Virus record (IMG/VR): IMGVR_UViG_3300033052_000037 | Coordinates: 1-40,002 of that record | From: a virus | Reading direction: 5' to 3' (one strand) | Length of the DNA: 40,002 bases | In this document: positions 33,555 to 40,002 of the stretch, in pieces | Position numbering within the stretch: position 1 is the first letter of the stretch | How the letters are laid out: each line of letters opens with the position of its first letter | Translations under genes and position numbers: made by a program | Notes under the pieces: generated by a model | The model's database searches: none | Seen by the model: the letters and a program-made list of their open reading frames with translations, nothing else | Told to the model about the DNA's origin: nothing

Positions 33555-33863
33555 TCACGCTCCCATGGTCTTGGCCGATCCACCAGTGAGGCGAGACCGA
33601 CTGGCTATGTCCAGCAGCGGTCGGCCACTCGGGTGGGGCCAGTCGGGATCGGGAATACGCAGCCAGGGCAGATCGGGGCGCTGCTCTTCCACAGGCACTT
33701 CGCCATCGGATATGCGCTCGATGTCAGGACACCGCTCATGCGGGATTGGTTTTCCTGCCGCCATTTTGGACACCATCGACGGAGGTATGTCAGCGCCTCG
33801 TGCCAAGATCGTTCCACGACCTCGTACCGCTTTGAGCCAATCGGATAACAACATGGCCTGCAT
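33555..33863 (-). CDS. Cro/YdaS-like HTH regulator (start at 33863 or 33854)
   Basis: LSDWLKAVRGRGTILARGADIPPSMVSKMAAGKPIPHERCPDIERIS resembles YdaS/Cro-type HTH proteins. Divergent from the cI-like gene. Confidence 0.6.
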   Translation of the reverse strand: MQAMLLSDWLKAVRGRGTILARGADIPPSMVSKMAAGKPIPHERCPDIERISDGEVPVEEQRPDLPWLRIPDPDWPHPSGRPLLDIASRSRLTGGSAKTMGA

Positions 33864-33864
33864 T

Positions 33865-33892
33865 CTATTACCCAATGGGTATTCATTGTCAA
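33865..33892 (-). promoter_or_regulatory. Leftward early promoter TTGACA-16 nt-TAATAG overlapping operator O1
   Basis: Read on the minus strand. The -10 element ends 1 nt before the first ATG, so the mRNA is near-leaderless or the second ATG is used. Confidence 0.55.
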
Positions 33893-33930
33893 GCTCCTTT
33901 GGGGAATTTTGTTTTTCTCCCAAGGGGAAT
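33869..33930. promoter_or_regulatory. Three operator-like sites in the cI/cro intergenic region (33869-33881, 33894-33907, 33916-33930)
   Basis: Shared core CCC(C)-A/T3-GGG(G) flanked by TA/AT: TACCCAATGGGTA, CTCCTTTGGGGAAT and TCTCCCAAGGGGAAT. Confidence 0.55.
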
Positions 33931-33942
33931 CAAATACCCGGC

Positions 33943-34326
33943 ATGCTGACAATTGCCGAAATTCGCCGAGCCAGGCTCGAACAACTCATCACCCGATACG
34001 AAGGAACTGTTGCCAATCTGAACGAGGCGCTGGGCCTGGAAAGGACCTCTGCCAAACTGTCAAGAATTCGCAATGCAAACACGCGAAATGAGCGCGAAGG
34101 CAAGACCTATCAGATGGGTGACGCCTTGGCGCGCGAGATTGAAGACAAACTAAACCTCGAACGTGGGTGGATGGACTCCCCACCTGGCTACGAACTTATG
34201 GCTAATACCAGAATCCAGCACGTGCTAAAAGTGATGGAGTCCATGCCGGAATACAAAATCGACCAAGCCATCAAAATCATTGATACGATTGCTGAACCAA
34301 CCCCAAGACGCAGCAATGGAGACTAA
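33943..34326 (+). CDS. CI-like repressor (HTH only, no S24 peptidase domain)
   Basis: 127 aa. EIRRARLEQLI...VANLNEALGLERTSAKLSRIRN resembles a phage CI HTH domain. Divergent from the cro-like gene. Confidence 0.65.
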   Translation: MLTIAEIRRARLEQLITRYEGTVANLNEALGLERTSAKLSRIRNANTRNEREGKTYQMGDALAREIEDKLNLERGWMDSPPGYELMANTRIQHVLKVMESMPEYKIDQAIKIIDTIAEPTPRRSNGD

Positions 34327-34388
34327 GGCCCCAAACAGCGCCGCAGTCCTTCCATTTCGGCGGCGCGGTCGATGACTCAGGAGAATCC

Positions 34389-34880
34389 ATGAGTAGGAAG
34401 TTGATTGCAATCTGTATTGCTGTCCTCGCAATATCTGGCTGCGCCACCAGTGAAAAATATTCACTCAAAGAGCCGAATTCCGATCAAGCCGCCTTCATTG
34501 AGTCATCGTTTGAGCGTGACAGCACATTTGTCTGGATACGCATCGTCCCCGTTACGATCGATGACCAATATGTCGCAGTCTCAGGCTGGACCGGGCTCCC
34601 GGAGGAAAAACTCAAGGTTCCCAGCGGCGCACGCAAAATCGGTGTTGAATTGACATTCAACCGTGGATTTGGAAGCACTCAATTGGTGAGCCAGATCACC
34701 ATTGAGGCAAATCTCGCGATTGGCGCGCACTACAAGCTGCAAGGGCGTGTCTTAGGCACACAGGCCGAGGCATGGCTGAATGACGCCTCAGGCAACTCTG
34801 CAAGCACGACAGGTCGCTCGGCACTGGGTTCTTCAACCGCCTCCCAGGCTCCTTTATTCATACCCATCCCCACAAGGTAA
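34389..34880 (+). CDS. Lipoprotein (moron; candidate superinfection-exclusion or lysogenic-conversion factor)
   Basis: AGGAGA RBS, signal peptide with lipobox LAISGC, visibly lower GC than the flanks. Confidence 0.75.
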   Translation: MSRKLIAICIAVLAISGCATSEKYSLKEPNSDQAAFIESSFERDSTFVWIRIVPVTIDDQYVAVSGWTGLPEEKLKVPSGARKIGVELTFNRGFGSTQLVSQITIEANLAIGAHYKLQGRVLGTQAEAWLNDASGNSASTTGRSALGSSTASQAPLFIPIPTR

Positions 34881-34895
34881 GCTCTCGCATAAATA

Positions 34896-34935
34896 TTTCC
34901 CCAAAGGGTATTGACATGTATTCCCCCAAGGGTAA
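34896..34935. promoter_or_regulatory. Two operator-like sites bracketing the rightward early promoter (34896-34911, 34920-34935)
   Basis: TTTCCCCAAAGGGTAT and ATTCCCCCAAGGGTAA share the core of the three sites at 33869-33930. Confidence 0.55.
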
Positions 34936-34938
34936 ATA
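34911..34938 (+). promoter_or_regulatory. Rightward early promoter TTGACA-16 nt-TAAATA
   Basis: Consensus -35 element and an AT-rich -10 element, about 45 nt upstream of GTG 34982. Confidence 0.6.
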
Positions 34939-34981
34939 ATCCGTTCCACCCCGCCACCTCAAGGCGGGAAAGGAGCGGAAA

Positions 34982-35314
34982 GTGCAGACATCCACACCCC
35001 GGCGCCCGGTCTACACGGGCTTCCTGCGCGGCTTTCTTCGGGATTCGACCAATGCTGAGACTCTGCTCCAGCACTGGCACGGCCTGCGCAATTTGAAGTG
35101 CCTCCACCATGATCCCGCCCAGCTAGACGCCGTGCTGGAAGGTCACTGTGCGCTGCTCAACAGCGCCCTCTACCGCGCCGAAATGCTGCGCGAACTGGGC
35201 CAACTGCTCTTCGCACATGCAGACACCACCTACTTCCGCCACTGCCCTGCCGTTGACGCCTTCGGCGTGCAGACGCCGCCCGCTGCAGGCGTGCGCGAAG
35301 GGGCGCCGGCATGA
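34982..35314 (+). CDS. Hypothetical early protein
   Basis: GTG start with an AAGGAG RBS, 110 aa. Confidence 0.55.
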   Translation: MQTSTPRRPVYTGFLRGFLRDSTNAETLLQHWHGLRNLKCLHHDPAQLDAVLEGHCALLNSALYRAEMLRELGQLLFAHADTTYFRHCPAVDAFGVQTPPAAGVREGAPA

Positions 35315-35874
35315 GCGCCGCCCCCATCATCCTCAGCACGCCCCAGGGCGCCGGTAAGGCGGTAGACGCCGAAGCCCTGCGCCTGCAGTACGGCTGCACC
35401 CACGTGGTGGACGACTGGCACCCCCGCATGAGCCTGCAGCCCGGCGGGCTGCACCTCACCAACATCCACCCCGGTGACCTGGAAGACTGGGGCATCGACG
35501 CCAACGCCATCAAGCTGCACGGCTGGGCTCGCAAGGCCACGCAGCCCATGGCCCCTGCACAGGCCGGCCACATCTTCACCCCCCTGCTGGGCCTGTTGCT
35601 CAGCCTCTTTGGCGCCATACTGCTGGCCTTCATCCTGGCCAGCAGCTTCCATCTGGACGCGCTGACCATCAGCGACCACAGCGCCGAAGTGGCCGTGGCG
35701 CAAGACCTTGAGCAGGCCCAACGCGAAGAGGTGCGCCGTTCCCGCCTGCATGGCGTCTACCGCGCCGTGTGCGGCAACGCAGAGTGGGAAGAACTAGGCA
35801 GCGGCGCCATCCTCTGCCTGCCCCGCCGCGGGCACAAGCCCTACGCCGTACAACTGGCCGAGGTGCAACCATGA
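35311..35874 (+). CDS. Hypothetical membrane-anchored protein
   Basis: 187 aa with a central TM segment LLGLLLSLFGAILLAFILASS. ATGA-coupled. Confidence 0.55.
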   Translation: MSAAPIILSTPQGAGKAVDAEALRLQYGCTHVVDDWHPRMSLQPGGLHLTNIHPGDLEDWGIDANAIKLHGWARKATQPMAPAQAGHIFTPLLGLLLSLFGAILLAFILASSFHLDALTISDHSAEVAVAQDLEQAQREEVRRSRLHGVYRAVCGNAEWEELGSGAILCLPRRGHKPYAVQLAEVQP

Positions 35875-36155
35875 ACGCTCCACGCATCATGGCCTCATGC
35901 TGCAGCGCCGATCAGGTGGACTCAGCACTCATGGAGCCCTGCAGAGATTGCCCCGCCCGTGCCACACCTTTGCGCACCAGCCGCCTCCCCAGCGACGTGC
36001 CCCGCATCAGCCTTGACGCCGGCGAAGAGCCCATGCTCTTCGCCGAGAGCTGCATGGGCCGCCTGTGCAGCTACGTCGTGGCGGTGCTGCTCTGTGGCGC
36101 AGCCTTTGCCCTGGGCTGCTGGGCACTGAAGGTGCCCGCCTGGTTCTGGAGGTGA
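35871..36155 (+). CDS. Hypothetical Cys-rich protein with a C-terminal TM segment
   Basis: ATG 35871 overlaps the upstream stop. 94 aa. Confidence 0.5.
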   Translation: MNAPRIMASCCSADQVDSALMEPCRDCPARATPLRTSRLPSDVPRISLDAGEEPMLFAESCMGRLCSYVVAVLLCGAAFALGCWALKVPAWFWR

Positions 36156-36158
36156 GCT

Positions 36159-36536
36159 GTGCACACGTATACACAAACCACCACCCCCGCCCGTGAGCCC
36201 GATCTATTTGCAGACCCGGCCCAGGGCCAGCAGCCCGGCATGGTGCTGGAGTTCACCGGCACCCTCAAGGCAGATGCGCAAGTGCGCTCCAAGCCCGTGG
36301 GTGACGGCGGCCACGCCCTGCCCGTGCTCTGCCTGGAGCTGGAAGGCGTAGGCCCCGCCCTGCAGACCGTGCGTGTGGAGCAGGTCTACCCCGAAGCCCT
36401 GCTCCACCAGGCAGAGCAGCGCGCCCGCGGCCTGCGCCGGCACATGCGCGTGAGCGTCACCACCAACCCCTTCGACCTGCGCCTGTTCATCCCCCACGCG
36501 CAGCAGATCGAGGTGCAGGCCCCTGCCGGCCACTGA
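36159..36536 (+). CDS. Hypothetical protein
   Basis: GTG start, 125 aa. Confidence 0.5.
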   Translation: MHTYTQTTTPAREPDLFADPAQGQQPGMVLEFTGTLKADAQVRSKPVGDGGHALPVLCLELEGVGPALQTVRVEQVYPEALLHQAEQRARGLRRHMRVSVTTNPFDLRLFIPHAQQIEVQAPAGH

Positions 36537-36543
36537 GCGCGCC

Positions 36544-36729
36544 ATGGAACCCATCGTCTCCATCGAGCGCATCAAGCGCGAGGCCGAACACAGCGCCGCC
36601 CTGTACAGCGACGTCAACGCCGCCTGCCCCTACCCGTTCTTCAGCGGCGCCGGCCGCCTGTTCAAGCAGTTCTTCCTGCAGGCGCGTGCGCGGCTGCAGG
36701 CATCCAGCAGCACCCCTGCCCAACCCTGA
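36544..36729 (+). CDS. Hypothetical small protein
   Basis: 61-aa ORF in series with its neighbours. Confidence 0.4.
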   Translation: MEPIVSIERIKREAEHSAALYSDVNAACPYPFFSGAGRLFKQFFLQARARLQASSSTPAQP

Positions 36730-36745
36730 CCCCACGGAGACAACC

Positions 36746-37336
36746 ATGCAGCTCTTCTGGCGCCTTGTCGCCCATTTTCTGGCCAACCACCCCCGCGCGG
36801 TGGACTGGCTCATCCAGCGCGCCCAGCGCACGCCCTACACCCACATTGCCAGCGCCGACGGCAAAGAGGTCTACATGGGCCGCTATTGGCTCTTCAACCC
36901 CTACGGCCGGGACGCTGACAACAACCCCACTCCCGCCCGCTGGCCATGGCTGCCCAGCGTGCGCATCCATCACATCCGCCGCGCAGACCAAGACCGCGAC
37001 CTGCACGACCACCCCTGGAACGCCCGCACCATCGTGCTGCGCGGCTGGTACGAGGAAGAGCGTCCCACCCTCGCCTGCAGCGCCGAAGATCTGGTCGAGT
37101 ACTGCACCGAGTTCACCCTCCACAGCCGCGAGCAGCGCGCCACCCTTTTGCGCCAGGCCGGCTACACCGGCCGCCTGCTCTTTGGCCAGTACCACCGCAT
37201 CAGCCGGGTGAGCCCGGGCGGCGTCTGGACGCTCTTCATCACCGGACGCCATCGCGGCGAATGGGGCTTCCAGGTCAAGGGCCGGAAGGTACCGTGGCGC
37301 GTCTACCTCGGCCTGGACAAGGGAGACGCCGCATGA
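36746..37336 (+). CDS. Hypothetical protein (HDHPW motif)
   Basis: ATG 36746 with a GGAGA RBS. 196 aa. Confidence 0.55.
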   Translation: MQLFWRLVAHFLANHPRAVDWLIQRAQRTPYTHIASADGKEVYMGRYWLFNPYGRDADNNPTPARWPWLPSVRIHHIRRADQDRDLHDHPWNARTIVLRGWYEEERPTLACSAEDLVEYCTEFTLHSREQRATLLRQAGYTGRLLFGQYHRISRVSPGGVWTLFITGRHRGEWGFQVKGRKVPWRVYLGLDKGDAA

Positions 37337-37590
37337 AACGCGACCTTCCCCGCCTACAGCCAGAGCTGCCGCACGCCTCTGACGTCATCCACCCCCATAC
37401 CGGCTCGCACAACGGCGTGGAACGCATGTTCTGCAGCCCCAGCGCCCGTGCTGCCAGCGCGGCAGACCTTGCCCCGCCACCACCGCGCCCGGGGAGCCTC
37501 ACCGCGCTCGACTGCCCCAGCCGCATAGGCGACCAGCTGCACTACCGCAACGGCCGCATCACCGACCTCGCTGGCAATCCCGTCAATTAA
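37333..37590 (+). CDS. Hypothetical protein
   Basis: ATGA-coupled. 85 aa. Confidence 0.45.
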   Translation: MKRDLPRLQPELPHASDVIHPHTGSHNGVERMFCSPSARAASAADLAPPPPRPGSLTALDCPSRIGDQLHYRNGRITDLAGNPVN

Positions 37591-37599
37591 GGAGCCACC

Positions 37600-39603
37600 A
37601 TGTCCGATCAACTTGTCATCTTCAAGCGGGCCAACGCCGTCCGCTCCACCACCAATCCTCGCAAGACTTTTCCTGCCGAATACCTGCAGGAACTCGCCGA
37701 CAGCATCAAGACGCATGGCGTGCTGCAGCCCGTGTTGCTGCGCCCCTTGCCCGCCTGGCGCGTGCCCGACACCCCGCGCAACGTCACCCACGAAATCGTC
37801 GCCGGCGAGTGCCGCGACCGCGCTTGCGAGATCGGCTCCGTCGACGAATACCCCGCCATCATCAAAGACCTCACCGACGAACAAGTCGTCGAGATCCAGC
37901 TCGTAGAAAACCTCAAGCGCCGCGACCTATCTCCGATCGAAGAGGCCGAAGGCTACGAACAGCTCATGCGCGTTGCCAAGATCAACGCCGACCAGGTGGC
38001 CGAGCGCATCCAGCGCAGCCGCAGCTACGTCTACACCCGTCTCAAGCTGCTGGACCTGGGCACCGATGGCCGCGCCGCCCTGCGCGACGGCAAGATCGAC
38101 GCCAGCACCGCCGTGCTGGTGGCCCGCATCCCGGACGGCAAGCTCCAGGTCAAAGCCCTGCAGAAGATCCTGCGCGGCACCGGCTGGGAGCGTGAGCCCA
38201 TGAGCTTCCGCCGCGCCCAGGAGATGATCCAGCGCGACTACATGCTCAAGCTGAGCGACGCCCGCTTCAGGATCACCGCTGTGGATCTGGTGCCCGGCGT
38301 CGGCAGCTGCAAGGAATGCCCCAAGCGCACCGGCGCCAACCAGGACTTGTTCGCCGACGTCAAGAGTGCCGACGTTTGCACAGACCCAACCTGCTTCCAC
38401 AAAAAGGAAGAAGCCGCCACCAAGCTGCTGGTGAAAGAGGCCGAGGCCAAAGGCCAGACCGTCATCGCCGGCAAGGAAGCCGAGGAACTGGTCACCAACA
38501 GCTACACCGGCGCCTACAAGGGCTACAAGCGCCTGGACAGCAAGGAAGACAGCCCAACCGACGAGCCCCTGCGCAAGATCATCGGCAAGCTCATGGAAGA
38601 GCGCGGCATCAAGCCCACCATGCTGGAGAACCCGCGCAAGAAGGGCCAGCTCGACGCCTGCCTGCCCAACGACGTGGCCAACACCCTGCTCAAGGCCGTG
38701 CAGGCGGAGGCCAAGGCCAACAAGAAAGAGGCGCCGGCCGCCATCAAGGATCTGCTGGACGAGAAAGCCAGCCAGGAGAAAGCCCGCCTGGACGCCAAGT
38801 TCGAGCGCGAATGGCACACCCAGCTCATCGCCGAGACGTGGGCCGAGATCCAGTCCGCCGACCCGCACCAAGACGCCGTAGGCACCGGCTTCTTCAACAT
38901 CGAGATCCACCGCATGCTCGCCAGCCACGCGGCCTGGAGCCTGGACAGCGATTCATCTGCCGCCGCCAGCAAGCTGCTGGCCACCGGCAGCGTGGGCGCC
39001 CAGCACGGCCTCAAGGAACTGGCCCAAACCCACCCCCGCCCCGACCAGTTGCACCTGCTCCTGCTCATGTACGGCCGCAGCGGCGAAGGCTTCCAGCTGG
39101 TCACCAAGTCCGTCTGGGGCGACAAGCTCAAGGAATTCACCAACCGCGTGGAGAAAGAGGTCAAGGCCCGCGTCTACCCCAAGCCCGAAGCGAAAAAACC
39201 GCCCACCGCTACCGCCTCCGCTGCGCGGCGCGGCGAGGGTGCGGGAGAAGCCAAGCCCAAAGCCTCCGGCTCGCGCAAAAACCCCACCGCGGCCGCGCCC
39301 AAGATCTCCGCCGCAGAAGCCAAGCGTGGCATCGCTGACGCGCTGCAGGGCATCGAAGAGCCGGCTTCTGCGCCCAAGGGCGCAGTGGCGCCGCCCGCTG
39401 GGCCAGCTGGTGGGCTGGCGCTGGGGGCCACAGTCAAGATCATCGACAACACCGACTGCCTGCAGCCCCGCTTGATCAAGTACGCCGGCAAGCAGGGCAC
39501 CATTACCGCCAAGACCGGCCCCGAGTCGTGGGACGTTACTTTCCGTGGCCGCACTGGCGGCCTGGCGGGCTTCCATGCGAGCGAGCTGGAGGTGGTGGCA
39601 TGA
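37600..39603 (+). CDS. ParB-like nuclease-domain protein with a 4-Cys zinc-ribbon-like motif and a C-terminal KOW/SH3-like domain
   Basis: AAGGAG RBS. N-terminal NPRK...LADSIKTHGVLQPVLLRP...IVAGECR resembles the ParB N-domain. Also CKECP...CTDPTC. Confidence 0.75.
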   Translation: MSDQLVIFKRANAVRSTTNPRKTFPAEYLQELADSIKTHGVLQPVLLRPLPAWRVPDTPRNVTHEIVAGECRDRACEIGSVDEYPAIIKDLTDEQVVEIQLVENLKRRDLSPIEEAEGYEQLMRVAKINADQVAERIQRSRSYVYTRLKLLDLGTDGRAALRDGKIDASTAVLVARIPDGKLQVKALQKILRGTGWEREPMSFRRAQEMIQRDYMLKLSDARFRITAVDLVPGVGSCKECPKRTGANQDLFADVKSADVCTDPTCFHKKEEAATKLLVKEAEAKGQTVIAGKEAEELVTNSYTGAYKGYKRLDSKEDSPTDEPLRKIIGKLMEERGIKPTMLENPRKKGQLDACLPNDVANTLLKAVQAEAKANKKEAPAAIKDLLDEKASQEKARLDAKFEREWHTQLIAETWAEIQSADPHQDAVGTGFFNIEIHRMLASHAAWSLDSDSSAAASKLLATGSVGAQHGLKELAQTHPRPDQLHLLLLMYGRSGEGFQLVTKSVWGDKLKEFTNRVEKEVKARVYPKPEAKKPPTATASAARRGEGAGEAKPKASGSRKNPTAAAPKISAAEAKRGIADALQGIEEPASAPKGAVAPPAGPAGGLALGATVKIIDNTDCLQPRLIKYAGKQGTITAKTGPESWDVTFRGRTGGLAGFHASELEVVA

Positions 39604-40002
39604 ACGGCGCCGATTCCATCGAAACCAGTGAGCGCGAGGCAGTTGAGCCGAACGGTCGCTGCGCTGATACCAGTCAGAACGTCATGCCCTTTGGCATAGC
39701 CCACATGCTGCCGCCGTTCACCTTGGACGGCCACCAGCTGCGCCGCGCTCTGCAGCTGGCCAATCCAAACGGCGACCTAGCCCCGGACCAGCTCGACACA
39801 CATGTCTGCATCCAGTACAAGTTGCCGGGCAAAGACACAGATGGCGAAGATGCACCCGCCGGCCTCTACTGCTGGCTCCAGGAGTACCCGGAGGAAGGTA
39901 GCCTCTGCATCGATGCCCCGTGGGCGTTCGGCCCCGAAGACTTCAACCTCCACCGCCACCTCCAGAGGCAGCGCGCCTTCAGCGAACGCAACTTCGGCCC
40001 CG
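39600..40002 (+). CDS. MazG-like / DUF550-type nucleotide pyrophosphohydrolase, 5' part; the gene continues through the junction to position 499
   Basis: ATG at 39600 overlaps the ParB-like stop (ATGA). The frame is continuous with 2..499 once the 239-nt overlap is collapsed, giving 663 nt in total (220 aa). Confidence 0.6.
   Translation, partial: MNGADSIETSEREAVEPNGRCADTSQNVMPFGIAHMLPPFTLDGHQLRRALQLANPNGDLAPDQLDTHVCIQYKLPGKDTDGEDAPAGLYCWLQEYPEEGSLCIDAPWAFGPEDFNLHRHLQRQRAFSERNFGP
39764..40002. repeat. Terminal overlap copy 2, identical to 1-239
   Basis: Same comparison as for copy 1. Confidence 0.95.

Noticed and set aside
33311-33583. 90-aa minus-strand ORF (or 79 aa from ATG 33550) in the cro/cII gap
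   Set aside because: GC3 looks coding-like in the first part, but there is no clear RBS and the ORF overlaps the strongly initiated cII-like gene by 38 nt. Left unannotated. It may be a genuine small gene.
37927-38928. 333-aa minus-strand ORF, and 340-aa plus-strand alternate-frame ORF 38316..39338
   Set aside because: Both lie within the ParB-like gene, whose frame carries recognisable ParB N-domain and zinc-ribbon motifs. Shadow or alternate-frame ORFs.

Overview
The window is a complete, circularly closed phage genome. Bases 1-239 are identical to 39764-40002, so the unit length is 39,763 bp. It is a high-GC temperate siphovirus-like phage or excised prophage, with a proteobacterial (possibly betaproteobacterial) host judged only from GC content and the tRNA-like attP.

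Minus strand, read right to left:
- Cro-like and CII-like regulators and a primase/helicase.
- A Q-like late regulator followed by a promoter, short leader and terminator.
- HNH endonuclease, TerS, TerL, portal, prohead protease and HK97-type capsid.
- Connector genes, tail tube, a G/G-T chaperone pair with a canonical -1 slippery heptamer, and the tape measure.
- Tip proteins, a J-like protein and a mosaic tail fibre.
- Two holin-like proteins, an M15 endolysin and overlapped spanins.
- A self-contained 3-gene accessory cassette next to attP.

Plus strand:
- A CI-like repressor and a low-GC lipoprotein moron.
- An operator-flanked early promoter driving a translationally coupled early operon. 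It includes a ParB-like protein and a MazG/DUF550-like protein that wraps the window junction.
- A diversity-generating retroelement (DGR), then xis, int and attP. attP is a tRNA-Val-like 3' fragment flanked by five arm-type repeats.

The standout is the DGR. One 108-nt adenine-rich template repeat (TR, 3488-3595) lies between an Avd-like gene and a DGR-type reverse transcriptase. It matches two variable repeats at the C-termini of two tandem small DUF1566/C-type-lectin-like genes. All 23 internal differences fall on TR adenines. The unusual points are that the targets are not tail proteins, the cassette sits in the repressor-controlled early operon beside xis/int, and the TR is embedded in the extended RT reading frame.

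All homology statements are by-eye recognition. No searches were run.
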